Assembly (NCBI GenBank): GCA_025594325.1
Contig: JANHCV010000002.1
Span: 868,001-932,000, forward strand
DNA length: 64,000 nucleotides
Source: Blastocladiella emersonii ATCC 22665
Lineage: Eukaryota; Fungi; Blastocladiomycota
Direction of reading: 5' to 3'
This document shows, piece by piece, positions 45,729 to 56,523 of the stretch (position 1 is its first letter; each line of letters opens with the position of its first letter). The notes under the pieces are model-generated. The model was given only the letters and a program-made list of their open reading frames with translations. It made no database searches and was not told where the DNA came from. Position numbers and translations under genes: made by a program.

Positions 45729-45920
45729 GTGCCCGCGCGCCCCCCGCCGACCCGACTGCCTCTCCCGCGTGTGCATCGCTCTACTTTCGATCGCTCCCTT
45801 CCCTTTCACCAACCCCGCCAAGGTGAGTGCGCCGCGACGCCTACGCCCTGCCCTTTGGCCCCGTCGCTCACACCGGCCCGCACGCGCGCGTCCCCCCTCG
45901 TAGCCGCAACCACCACCACC

Positions 45921-47768
45921 ATGGAGGCGCTCCTCTCGTCCATGGGCTCCAAGTGCCCCTTCCTTGTCCGCTCGTCCGTGTCGACGCTGCGCACCCTCGC
46001 CGCCCAGGCCCCCGCCGGCGCCGCCGCCGCCGAGTCGGGCCTCGCCAAGGTGGCCGGCTCGTGCCCCGTCATGTCCAAGGCCCTCGACGCCAAGAAGCGC
46101 GCCATGCACACGTCGGCCCCCGCCCACTCGGCCTACCCGCTCCAGGGCTTCCCCGCCCACCCCGCCAAGGAGGCGCCCCTCGCCCCGACCCACACGCCCG
46201 CGGCTGCGGCTCCCGCTGCTGGTACGTCGCGTATCCCACTTGCCTCGATGCGCGGTGGCCGGAATTACTTGTTCATTGCTCCCTGCTTCCGAGCCGAGCG
46301 AGCGCTGAACCTAAAAATTCCCGCCACTCGCATTCTGCCGACTTCTCGGAACCGCTCGACTAACATCACTCCGCCTGCGCCACCACCACCTCCAGCCCAC
46401 AACGTCGCCGGCACCTCGACCGCCGGCCGCCCCTTCGACTACGACGGCTTCTTCAACGAGCAGCTCGAGAAGAAGAAGAAAGACAAGTCGTACCGCTACT
46501 TCAACAACATCAACCGCCTCGCGCAGGCGTACCCGACGGCCCACACGGGCACGGGCGACAACGTGACGGTGTGGTGCGCCAACGACTACCTCGGCATGTC
46601 GCGCCACCCGGTCGTGACCGAGGCCATGAAGTCGGCCGTCGACATGTACGGCACGGGCGCCGGCGGCACCCGTAACATTGCCGGCAACGCGGCCCTGCAC
46701 CTGCGCCTCGAGCACGCGCTCGCCGACCTGCACGGCTGCGATGGCGCCCTCGTCTTCTCGTCGTGCTTTGTCGCCAACGACGCGACCCTGTGCACGCTCG
46801 CCTCCAAGATGCCCGGCACCCACATCTTCTCGGACGCGTCCAACCACGCCTCCATGATCCAGGGCATCCGCAACTCGCGCGCCGCCAAGCACGTCTTCCG
46901 CCACAACGACGTGGCCCACCTCGAGGAGCTGCTCCAGAAGGTGCCCATCGAGGCGCCCAAGATCATCGCCTTCGAGTCCGTCTACTCCATGTGCGGCTCC
47001 ATTGGCCCCACCAAGGAGATCATTGCCCTCGCCAAGAAGTACAACGCCCTCACCTTCCTCGACGAGGTGCACGCCGTCGGCATGTACGGCGCCCGCGGCG
47101 CGGGTGTCGCCGAGTACCAGGACCTCATGTCCGAGATCGACATCTTCACGGGTACCCTCGGCAAGGCCTTTGGCGTCGTCGGCGGCTACATTGCCGGCTC
47201 GGCCAAGCTCGTCGACATGGTCCGCTCGTACGCGCCCGGCTTCATCTTCACTACCTCGCTGCCGCCGCCCGTCGTGGCCGCGGCGCTGTCGTCGGTCGAG
47301 TACCTCAAGGAGTCGACGCTCGAGCGCTCGGGCCAGCAGCTCAACGTGCGCGACCTCAAGGCGCGCCTGCGCGACGTCGGCATCCCCGTGGTCCCGAACC
47401 CGTCGCACATTGTGCCCGTCATGGTCGGCGACGCGGAGCTCGCCAAGCGCGTCTCGGACGACCTGCTGCGCGACCACGCCATCTACGTGCAGTCCATCAA
47501 CTCGCCCACGGTGGCCGTCGGCGAGGAGCGCCTGCGCATCACGCCCACGCCCGGCCACACCCCGCCCATGATGGACCACCTCGTCGACTCGCTCCTCCAC
47601 CTCTGGCGCAAGCACAACCTCAAGTTCGAGAAGGACTGGGAGCTCGCCCCGCGCGCCAACGTCGGCACCGGGCTCGTCGTCGACCAGCTCGTCAAGATGG
47701 AGGACCTCGCTATCCCCGAGCACTTCGAGCAGGCCCGCGCCAACAACCAGCCCATGCTCATCCACTAA
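45921..47768 (+). CDS. HEM1: 5-aminolevulinate synthase, mitochondrial; join(45921..46221,46396..47768), about 557 aa
   Basis: Heme-regulatory CP motifs (SKCPFL, GSCPVM), [48 protein letters not shown] lysine in GTLGKAFG. 174-nt intron 46222-46395. Confidence 0.98.
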   Translation: MEALLSSMGSKCPFLVRSSVSTLRTLAAQAPAGAAAAESGLAKVAGSCPVMSKALDAKKRAMHTSAPAHSAYPLQGFPAHPAKEAPLAPTHTPAAAAPAAGTSRIPLASMRGGRNYLFIAPCFRAERALNLKIPATRILPTSRNRSTNITPPAPPPPPAHNVAGTSTAGRPFDYDGFFNEQLEKKKKDKSYRYFNNINRLAQAYPTAHTGTGDNVTVWCANDYLGMSRHPVVTEAMKSAVDMYGTGAGGTRNIAGNAALHLRLEHALADLHGCDGALVFSSCFVANDATLCTLASKMPGTHIFSDASNHASMIQGIRNSRAAKHVFRHNDVAHLEELLQKVPIEAPKIIAFESVYSMCGSIGPTKEIIALAKKYNALTFLDEVHAVGMYGARGAGVAEYQDLMSEIDIFTGTLGKAFGVVGGYIAGSAKLVDMVRSYAPGFIFTTSLPPPVVAAALSSVEYLKESTLERSGQQLNVRDLKARLRDVGIPVVPNPSHIVPVMVGDAELAKRVSDDLLRDHAIYVQSINSPTVAVGEERLRITPTPGHTPPMMDHLVDSLLHLWRKHNLKFEKDWELAPRANVGTGLVVDQLVKMEDLAIPEHFEQARANNQPMLIH

Positions 47769-48915
47769 GCGCTCGCTCGTCGTGGACCCCCTTGTTTGTT
47801 CAATGCCCTCTCTCACCGCAGTTTCTCGTCGTCTTCCTCCTGATTGATTGCCCTTGCTTCGCTTCCTCAACATGATGCCCTTTTGCTCTTCGATCATGAC
47901 TTGTTCCTCGATTGCTTGTTGCCGAGCCCGATCCTGTGAGACGCAATCGCTGATCATGCCCTAGTCGAGCAAGATCTCGAGCCGACGGTCGACGACGACG
48001 CGCTTCAAAATTGTGCTACTGAGCCTAGGGGCCCAGCGCGCTGTTCGAGTCGGGCGCCATAATGGACGAGGCGCGCGTCGACTGGCACAAGGTTTTCAGA
48101 CTCGAGCGACAAGGAACGGCGTCGGAAGCCGATGCTGAGCAATCGTGGCCATGGCCACGCGGCGGTGGCCATGGACTTGGCGCGATGCGCCATGGTCAGT
48201 AGCACTCGAGCTTGCCGTGGCTCGCGCTTCACCTGCATCTCTCGAGTTAGAAAAACGGTGCACAAACATGAAATCACATGGAAGGTGGTAATCGCCCAGG
48301 TGTTGACGGCTACGCGGTGAGAAATCTCTCAGGAGAGGAAGGAAGGCAGAACGCAGGACACGACGCATCCGTGAGCCCCGGGTCGGAGGCGAATTAGAGC
48401 ACTAAGTCACCGAGCCCTCCCACACCCGCAAATTAATTCTGATAATTGCGGAAACGCCACTAAAATTGCTCATTCGACATATCCTAATCGTATGTGCAAT
48501 TTCAGCCGGGTCGGATATGTGACTCAAATCAAGAAGCTAAGTCTTAAGTGCCTTTTTCGTCCGAACGACCAAACCGAAAGTTTTTTTCAACTTTGCACGG
48601 TCGGACAACTTCTCGTCACCCCGACACTTCGACTCGGAGATTTTTGTTTATTCGGGGCCCCTGAAGCTCCCTGATCACGATCCTATGCTCAGAATAAATA
48701 TTCGGGTACACGTTGAATCTAGACAGCTAAGTCGTGTCACGTGGACCGAGGGCAAGCCGGCGGCGCTTCGCGATGGTCACGCCCGCGTGACCAAACGCAC
48801 GCGCCGAACTGGCAAGGCTTCCGCAGCTCGCACTTGACTCTCTCACCGTGAGAAATCTTGAATGAATGAAGCGGCGTATATAACATGACGATCAATGAGG
48901 GGAGCTCACGCACGT

Positions 48916-50418
48916 TCAAATCAACGGCTGCGAGTAGCCCTGCAAGAACCAAAACGACTCGGCCATCCCCGTGTACCCATGCGCATCGGCCGCTGGGTAG
49001 AACAACTCGTCGAGCTCGGTCTCATGGTGATGATGCCCCATGAGCTTCATCTCGTGGAGCAGCGCGAGCGCGAGGTCCATGCCACGGCGCGCTTGAGTCT
49101 CGTTCTTGTCGCCAGTGAGCGTGAGCACGCCCTCGATCAGGTATTCGTAGTACCACCGATCGACAGCGCTGCGGTCCAGGGTCGCGCGCATGCGGGCGTG
49201 CCGGTGCAGGTTCATGAGGCCGGGCAAGTCCTTGAGCGCGACGTATGCATGGACCAGCGCGGCGTGCACCTCGGCCGACAACGGACCCAGTTGCGCGGCG
49301 CGCTCACCCAGCGGGCCCAGCAGCTCGAACGCGTGGGCCGGCGTCTCCGAGAACGCCCACCGCGCCGCGTACTGCTTGAGCGCGCGGATCTCGAGCTCGA
49401 TCCCGTACTTGGTCGCGGCGGCAACGATCGACTTGGCCGCGAGCGGCGGCGGGGTGGACCACCCAAGATACGAGGGCCGGTTGTCATTGAGCATGAACGC
49501 GAGGAGCGACGACACGTGGTGCGCGTCCATGGCACTCGGCGAGTGCGCCATCATTCGTGTCAGCAGCGCTGCCGCCGCATCGTCACTTGTCGCGTCAGCG
49601 ACGGCGCGCAGGTGCCAGTAGTTGATCTCGGGGCTTGCCCACGCGTGCGCGAGCACACCGTCTTTGGCTGCGGTCGCGACAAGCGATTCGAGCTGCGCAA
49701 CGTCGTTGGTCATGATCGCACCGATCACTTGGACACGCAGCACGTCGAACGGTGCAAGGCCTGGTACCGCAACGAGCGTTTCCAGGGCCTTGCGCTGCAT
49801 GGCCAGCTTGTCGCCTGGAAGGCCAAACGTGTTCAGCCAAACGTGGGCCATGGCGACTGCGAGCTCGGCACGTGCGCCCGTCGCGGCGTGGAGCGCTTCG
49901 AGTTTCGTAGCTTCAACATTACACTCGTACTCTGCGGCAGCTCGCCAGAATGCACCGATCGCGTCCGGGTACTGCAGCGCAAACGCCGCGAGCTCGACCC
50001 CGTCAACCTTGGCCATCGCGGTCGCGAGCAAGGAAACGACACCATCCCAATTGTTACAAGTGGTCTGCGTGTACTGCGGCAGCCTGCCAAGCACACGCAA
50101 GGCGCGCGCAAGCTCCTCGCTGGGCAGTACGATCATGTCCACATGAACATTGTTGTACGCGGTCGCGGCGTCCATGGCCTCCATGGCGGCGAGTAGCTTG
50201 GGCGGGACGGGCTCGACCGCTGTTGCCATGGTGCGTTGGACCACTGGAGCGCGCGTGCCGGGACTAGTAGCAAGTACAGTTGTACGCAGTGCCAAGACGG
50301 GCACGATGGGACGCGACGCGGTGCGCGTGGCCATGGTCCGCGGCACGATGGCCATGGAGTGCGCCATGGCGGTCTTGATGCGCGGTGCACCAAGTACAAG
50401 TTTGCATAAGCGATACAT
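48916..50418 (-). CDS. PPR-like helical-repeat protein with mitochondrial presequence, paralogue 1 (500 aa)
   Basis: Intronless ORF with an Arg-rich, acid-free N-terminus. C-terminal ALVHAYVALKDLPGLMNLH...DLALALLHEMKLMGH aligns with the other array members. Confidence 0.7.
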   Translation of the reverse strand: MYRLCKLVLGAPRIKTAMAHSMAIVPRTMATRTASRPIVPVLALRTTVLATSPGTRAPVVQRTMATAVEPVPPKLLAAMEAMDAATAYNNVHVDMIVLPSEELARALRVLGRLPQYTQTTCNNWDGVVSLLATAMAKVDGVELAAFALQYPDAIGAFWRAAAEYECNVEATKLEALHAATGARAELAVAMAHVWLNTFGLPGDKLAMQRKALETLVAVPGLAPFDVLRVQVIGAIMTNDVAQLESLVATAAKDGVLAHAWASPEINYWHLRAVADATSDDAAAALLTRMMAHSPSAMDAHHVSSLLAFMLNDNRPSYLGWSTPPPLAAKSIVAAATKYGIELEIRALKQYAARWAFSETPAHAFELLGPLGERAAQLGPLSAEVHAALVHAYVALKDLPGLMNLHRHARMRATLDRSAVDRWYYEYLIEGVLTLTGDKNETQARRGMDLALALLHEMKLMGHHHHETELDELFYPAADAHGYTGMAESFWFLQGYSQPLI

Positions 50419-50632
50419 GGTGAAAGCAGGTTACGTGAGAGAGAAAACGCGTCTTGCAGGCACGGCAGTCGAAAACTCATGGCGCGGAGGGTGTGGGACT
50501 CGAGCCCCTGTGCAGTTAACCGACTGACAACCTTGAACCGCGGCCTTGGCCTTTCACGCGCCGCCATCGAAAAATGAGCTTTTGACCACTTCGAAGCTAA
50601 GTATATTAAATTAATTCATGCAAGCAGCGAAG

Positions 50633-52135
50633 CTAGTCCACGAGCGCCGCAGCGAGACCGACATAACCCGCGTGCTTGGCGCTCTCGAGCATCGTCTTGC
50701 GAAGGTGATGACCCGGGCAGTTACCTGCGCGAGCCATCTCGTGGACGATCAGGAGCGACGTGCCAAGCGCGCGCTGCACTTGGACACGCTACTCGTTCAC
50801 CCGATTAGAGTAGTAGTAGTCGTTTTCGCTTGGTGATTCCTTGTGCACGATGCGCAGCAGCCTGAAGACAACCTCCTCGAAGTACTGAGCGCTCATAGCG
50901 TTCGGGTCCTTCAATGAACGAACGTGACGATGGAGCTCGAGGAGTCCGTCTGACGAACCTTTTTGCGCGCGCGTCGCTGCAAGGATGGCGTGCACATTGC
51001 CCGAGGTTGCGGCCGGACCAAACTTTTGAATCTCGTCGCCGTGACGGCCCAGGATCTTGAAGACGTGCTCTGAACCTTAAACGGTGCACCACCGCTGGGC
51101 CAAGCGCTCCCGAACCCGCGGGTGGATCTTGATGCACCGCATTTTGGCAAGCTCAAGGATGCCGGTGAACGCCAAGGGGATCATCCGCAACCACTGCGGA
51201 ATGGGCGCCGGGTCCTTCCACAGCATGTGCGCAAGGACGGCCGAAAAGACCTGCTCGTTGAGTGCCGGCTGGCAGCAGTCGAAAGGCTCGACGAGCTTGG
51301 CCTTTGCGACCGCGTTTCCACGTCGATCGGCAAGCAGACGAAGTCGCCAGTAGGTCACCTCGGGGTCGGCCCACTCGGAAGCAAGAACACCGCCCTTGAC
51401 TACGGCATGCACCAAGTCGTTGATGCGCTCGAGATTCGCGGTCTTGGCCGCAAGTATAACTTTAATGCGTAATACGTCGATGGAAGCCACTTCATTGTAG
51501 GAAGCAAGCTTTGAAAAGGCAGTAAGCGCGTCGCTGATGTCGTTGCTGTGAGCGCGGAACATGACGCGAGCGATTGAGACCGCGTTCTTGCCCCATTTTC
51601 CCGTTGCGTCGGCAGCGCTGAAGACGTCCGACAGCGGGAGACGACTTTCATCGAGGTGCGCACCCGCGGCGCGCCAAAACACCTCCATCGCGGCCGGGTG
51701 CTGCTTGCTGAAGGCGGCGAGCTGACCGAGCGGAAGGCAGGAGGCACGAGTCAAGAACAAGTCGACAAACGAGGACCAAGCGTTGCCCGTCGACATAGTA
51801 AACGATGGAACATGAGCGAGTGCAAGAAATGTGCTCTCGAGGTGGAGGTCGGAAGCAAACAGGTCGTGATCACGTGAAATGAGCTCGGTAGCCGCGAAAC
51901 AGTTTCCCGCCTCCAAGGCGGCACGGAAGTCTTTCGCGCCGCTGTCCGGCATCGTGCTCATGGACATGCGGGTAGATCGGACGATGGGCATCGAAACGGC
52001 GTGCGACAGTCGAGCAGGACGCAGCGCGGCAGCCGACGAAAAGGCCAGAGCGCGCAGGCTCCGCGTCGCGACATTGGTCGCTACGGCGACGGGCCGCGGC
52101 ATGCGAGTAATCAAAGCACGGCGTATGTTATACAT
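50633..52135 (-). pseudogene. PPR-like paralogue 2: full-length frame with two in-frame stops (TAA 51077-79, TAG 50789-91)
   Basis: The same frame continues past both stops with family homology (GLLELHRHVR...QYFEEVV; QRALGTSLLIVHEMARAG...KHAGYVGL) to a final TAG at 50633-35. Confidence 0.8.
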
Positions 52136-52419
52136 GGTCTGGTCAGTTGGATGGGAGGGAGCACCGATTGACGCTCAGGATTTGAACGTTTAGACAGAGC
52201 ACGCTTGGATCAGCTCCCCCAGACACGCGCTCCTGTGCGCCGTTGTCCCGCTTCTCTTTGACTGGCGACTGACTGACCGTGAGCCCCTGTCGCCTTTCAA
52301 AACTCTCGGTCATGTTGATATGTGAGCTCAAAGACGCGACATACATTTGGGTTTAGGAGGGGGCAAAGAGCTTGATATTTGTGGCAGGCACGGTGATCAC
52401 AACTCTGATCGATCACGTT

Positions 52420-52820
52420 TCATGAACGACGCGTCGTCGGCACATACCCCATTGCATGGTCAGCAGAATTATGGTGCGTCGTGTACCCGTGCTCGTTGGC
52501 ACGATAGCGGACCAACTCGCGAACATTAGTCTCCATAGAATGGCCGTGGCTCGACATCGCTCAATGCAGTGCAAGCGGAAAGTCCAGAGCCAGATACACT
52601 TCACTGCTGCCATTGACATTGCCGTTGCATCCGCGCGCAGAACAGCAAGGATCAGCTCTTCGAAATACCTCATGTTTATGAGCTCCGGCCGTCCCATGAG
52701 GCGAGGGGGGCGGTGCAGGTTCCTGAGCGGCTCGACGTTGCCGACCTTGGCCAGTCCGTACGCCTCAGCCAGCGTCCAGAACACGGCTGGCGAAATCTTC
52801 GACCAACCGCCGACCAATTA
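52420..52820 (-). pseudogene. PPR-like paralogue 3: 3' remnant with a frameshift
   Basis: TLAEAYG...RLMGRPELINMRYFEELIL in one frame, then NEHGYT...TRRS* in another. Same 3' flank as paralogues 4 and 5. Confidence 0.75.
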
Positions 52821-52962
52821 CAGAAGCCTGTCGCATATTTGAGGCACAATGATCATTTTTCAGGTTTAAATTGCGTTCAAAGACGCGATTCGAGTTCGAG
52901 AGGCGGAGAAGACATTGATATTTGTGGTAGGCACCGTGATCACAACTCTGATCAACTCCGTT

Positions 52963-54591
52963 TCATATGCGACGCGTCGCCGGCGTGTAGAACATGGCGT
53001 GCTTCATCGGTCTCGTGAGCCCCCTGTACCCATGCTCATTTTCGTACACGTGAAAGGCCTCGCGAAGCTCCATATCCGGGAAATGGCCACGGTACCTCAT
53101 CTCCTTGAGCAGAGCGAGGGTGAGATCAAGAATCCGGTGGACCTCGGCGCTGGGCTTTCCCTCGCATCCCAAATGCAGCACGCCGAAAATAAGCTCCTCG
53201 AAGTAACGCACGTCCATGAGCTCTGGGCGTCCCATCAGACGAAGGTGGTGGTGCAGTTTCATGAGCTGCTCTTCGTTACCGCCCCGCCCGTACGCTTCAG
53301 CCAGCGTACAGAATACGTTCGGCGAGAGAGCGTCGGTACCGAGCTTCTCGCCGATCGGGTCAAGAATCTCGATAGCCTTCATCGGGAACGGCGTGAACAC
53401 CCAGCAGTGCGCGAGGCGCTCAAGTCCGCGGGCGTGAACGGGGGTCCCGTTCTTGGCGGCGAGCGCGACGACTTGCTCGGCCACCGTGGTCAGCGACATC
53501 AAGTCGCACGACCATTCCCAGTACTTGTTCATTACGTGGGAAAAAACGGCCGAGATGCAGTGCATGTCGAGGGCAGTCGGCGACGACTCGAGCTTTTGCT
53601 TGATCAGCGTCATGGCGGCCACGTTGCCCTTGACGTCAGCGTAGGAAAGCAGGTAGAAGTAGTTGACCTCGGAGTTGGCCCACGCGTGCGCGAGAATACC
53701 GTCCTTGACTGCAGCCGCGACGAGCGACTCGAGCAGGGCAAAGTCTTCATCCTTGGCCGCGCGAATCACGCGCACGCGAACCGCGTCGAGCGGAGCAATG
53801 CCCGGCGCGCCCGCGAGGCTTTCGAGAGCATCCAGGTCCTCTCTCGTGTAAAAGTACGCCCGGAACAAGACGCGTGCGATCGCAACTGCGTTCTTAACAT
53901 GGTCACCCGTCGCCGCAGCAAGTGCTGCAGTGTGATCGGCATTGATGGAGCCAGCTTCCATGTCCATGTCCATGGCCGCCGCTGCGCGCCAGAGCGAACC
54001 GATCGCGTCGGGATAGCGGTGCGCAAACACGGCAAGCTCCTTGGCAGGAAGCTTGGCAACCGCTTTGAAGACCGAGTCCACAAAGTTGGACCACGCCTCG
54101 CCCGTCGTCTGGGTGTAGGGCGGGATGTGGTCGAGCGCGCGGAGGGCAACAGAAAGCTCCTTGCCCGATACAACAGAAAGCTCCTTGCCCGATACAACAG
54201 CAAGCTCCTTGCCCGATACAACAGCGATTTCCTCGCCTGCTAACACCCCCGAGCTCCGCTTGGTGAGGTCGGACGCGCGAGCCCAGTCCTTGGCCTCGAG
54301 CGCAGCGCGGAGCGCGAGCAAGTCAATGAAATCCGTGGATTTCGGCGCGACGAGCTGGAAGTCGGTCTCGGGCCCGTCAGCGACGGCGCGCGATGGCGTG
54401 GTCGCCGACGCGGCGCGCCAGGTCGGCTTAGCGATGGTCGGCGAGGCGGGCCGACGAGGGCACGCGGGCAGCATCGCCATGGTCGCCAGGGCGGCCACGG
54501 AACGGGCGACCCGGGTGGTCGTCGCAGCGCGGGCCGCGGCGGCCAGGGCCTGCGATCCGCGGTTCATGAGTGTGCGTCGAATGAGATACAT
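52963..54591 (-). CDS. PPR-like mitochondrial protein, paralogue 4 (about 542 aa)
   Basis: Start MYLIRRTLMNRG. A 35-aa unit VFCTLAEAYGRGGNEEQLMKLHHHLRLMGRPELMD and ALLKEMRYRGHFPD resemble the PPR consensus. Confidence 0.75.
   Translation of the reverse strand: MYLIRRTLMNRGSQALAAAARAATTTRVARSVAALATMAMLPACPRRPASPTIAKPTWRAASATTPSRAVADGPETDFQLVAPKSTDFIDLLALRAALEAKDWARASDLTKRSSGVLAGEEIAVVSGKELAVVSGKELSVVSGKELSVALRALDHIPPYTQTTGEAWSNFVDSVFKAVAKLPAKELAVFAHRYPDAIGSLWRAAAAMDMDMEAGSINADHTAALAAATGDHVKNAVAIARVLFRAYFYTREDLDALESLAGAPGIAPLDAVRVRVIRAAKDEDFALLESLVAAAVKDGILAHAWANSEVNYFYLLSYADVKGNVAAMTLIKQKLESSPTALDMHCISAVFSHVMNKYWEWSCDLMSLTTVAEQVVALAAKNGTPVHARGLERLAHCWVFTPFPMKAIEILDPIGEKLGTDALSPNVFCTLAEAYGRGGNEEQLMKLHHHLRLMGRPELMDVRYFEELIFGVLHLGCEGKPSAEVHRILDLTLALLKEMRYRGHFPDMELREAFHVYENEHGYRGLTRPMKHAMFYTPATRRI
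54147..54218 (-). repeat. In-frame 24-bp tandem repeat x3 (plus a degenerate fourth unit) in paralogue 4
   Basis: CAACAG(A/C)AAGCTCCTTGCCCGATA x3, encoding SGKEL(A/S)VV. Confidence 0.95.
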
Positions 54592-54945
54592 AAATCCAGT
54601 GTCGAGCTGAAGCGGAGAGCGGGCGCGGTGGAACCTGATCCTGCTCTTGGCGTTGCCCACTGGGCACGTCTCCTGACCATCACCCCACGGGGTCGACAGG
54701 AATGAAAGACACAAGGGAAACATTACAAATGATAATTTAAAAGTAGCCATACCGCTCTTGGAAGCGTTTGTGCGCTTCGCCTCTTGCAGCGGGCCTTCTT
54801 GATCGACCGTTGATCATTTAACCTGTTTGAGGACACTGGACCTTGTGGAATTCGGGGGATGCCTCGCAAGAACACTTCCGAGGTGTAGAGAAAATCATTG
54901 ATATTGGTGACAGGAGCCGTGATCACAACTCTGATCAATCACGTT

Positions 54946-56523
54946 TCATGTGCGACGCGTCAGTACGTAGCCCTGGACGTGATCCATCGACTCGATGAGC
55001 CCCGTGTACCCGTGCTCGTTCCCGTACACGTAGAACGACTCGCGAAGCTCAGTCTCTGCGTAATGGCCGCGGCTCGACATCTCCTGGAGCAGTGCGAGAG
55101 CAAGGTCCAGCGTCCGTTGCGCTTCAGCGCTTCCCTTGCCCTTGCATCCCAGACGCAGCACGCCAAGGATCAGCTCCTCGAAGTACCACATGTCCATGAG
55201 CTCCGGCCGCCCCATGAGGCGAAGGTGGCGGTGCAGGTTCATGAGCTGCTCGACCTCGCCGTCCTTGGCCTGTCCGTAGGCATCGGCCAACGTGCAGAAC
55301 ACGGCCGGCGAGAGTGTGTCGGAACCCAGCGCGCGCACTTTTTCGCCGATCGGGCCGAGAAGCTCGACGGCCTTCTCTGGGAACGGTGTGTAGACCCACC
55401 AATTGGCGAGCCGCTCGAGCGCCCGAGCGTGGACCGGGGTTCCGTTCTTGGCAGCGAGCGCGGCCACCTCCTCGGCCGCCGTAGCCAGCAGCACCAGATC
55501 GCGATCGCGCGGCCATTCCCGGTACTTGTGCATGACGTGCGCAAAGACGGCCGAGACGCACTCCATGCTGAGGGCGGTCGGCGACGACTCGAGCATCTGC
55601 TTGATGAGCGTCATGGCGGCCACGTCGCCCTTGACGTGGGCGTAGAGGTGCAGGTGGAAGTAGTTGACCTCGGAGTCGACCCACGCGTGCGCCAGTGCAT
55701 CGTCCTTGACCGCGGCCGCGACGAGCGACTCGACCAGGACAAAGTCCTTGGCCTTGGCCGCGCGGATGACGCGCACACGGACGGCGTCGAGCGGGGAGAT
55801 GCCCGGCGTGCTCGCGAGGTTTTCGAGGGCATCCGCGACGTTGAACACAAACTCCTCGCTTGAGTGCGCACGGAACCAGACGCGCGCGATGGCAACCGCG
55901 TTCTTGACACGGTTGCCCGTCGCCGTGAAGAGCGCGGCAGCGTCCTTGACGGCGATCAAGCTGAAATCCACGCCCCCGGCCGCTGCAGCGCGCCAAAGCG
56001 AACCGATCGCGTCGGGGTAGCGATGCGCGAACACGGCGAGCTCCTGGGCGGGAAGCTTGGCGACCGCGTCAAAGATCGAGTCCACGGCATCGGTCCACTC
56101 CTCGCCCGTCGTCTGGGTGTGCGGCGGGACGTGGTCAAGCGCGCAGAGGGCAGCGGCGAGCTCCTCGCCCGGCACAACCTCCGAGTACCGCTCGGCCAGG
56201 TCGAGCGCGCGGGCCCAGTCCTTGGCCTCGAGCGCGGGGCGGAGAGCGGCCAGGTCGATGAGACTAGTCGATTTCGGCGTCACGAGCTGGAACCCGGACC
56301 CGGGCGCGTGCGCGACGGCGCCTGACGGAGCGGTGGTCGACACGAAGCGCCAAGTCGGTTTCGCGACGGTGGGTGAAGCGGCCCAGCGAGGACGAGCAGG
56401 CGGCGTCGCCAGCGTGGCCAAGGCAGCCATGGGGCGGGCGACGCGGGTGGCCGTCACGGTGCGCGTCGCGGCGGCCAGGGCCTGCGGTCCGCGATTCATG
56501 AGAGTGCGTCGAGTGAGATACAT
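54946..56523 (-). CDS. PPR-like mitochondrial protein, paralogue 5 (about 525 aa)
   Basis: Start MYLTRRTLMNRG. Colinear with paralogue 4 along its whole length. Confidence 0.75.
   Translation of the reverse strand: MYLTRRTLMNRGPQALAAATRTVTATRVARPMAALATLATPPARPRWAASPTVAKPTWRFVSTTAPSGAVAHAPGSGFQLVTPKSTSLIDLAALRPALEAKDWARALDLAERYSEVVPGEELAAALCALDHVPPHTQTTGEEWTDAVDSIFDAVAKLPAQELAVFAHRYPDAIGSLWRAAAAGGVDFSLIAVKDAAALFTATGNRVKNAVAIARVWFRAHSSEEFVFNVADALENLASTPGISPLDAVRVRVIRAAKAKDFVLVESLVAAAVKDDALAHAWVDSEVNYFHLHLYAHVKGDVAAMTLIKQMLESSPTALSMECVSAVFAHVMHKYREWPRDRDLVLLATAAEEVAALAAKNGTPVHARALERLANWWVYTPFPEKAVELLGPIGEKVRALGSDTLSPAVFCTLADAYGQAKDGEVEQLMNLHRHLRLMGRPELMDMWYFEELILGVLRLGCKGKGSAEAQRTLDLALALLQEMSSRGHYAETELRESFYVYGNEHGYTGLIESMDHVQGYVLTRRT

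Noticed and set aside
50633-52135. Reassigned TAA/TAG codons or A-to-I stop repair
   Set aside because: TAA and TAG end many intact genes here (CYC8, QCR9, HEM1, VAS1, MET17), and the first premature stop does not align with Trp.
52375-52965. SECIS element or selenocysteine readthrough after TGA
   Set aside because: The spacing does not fit the AUGA/AA/GA SECIS core, and the proteins have no redox motif.
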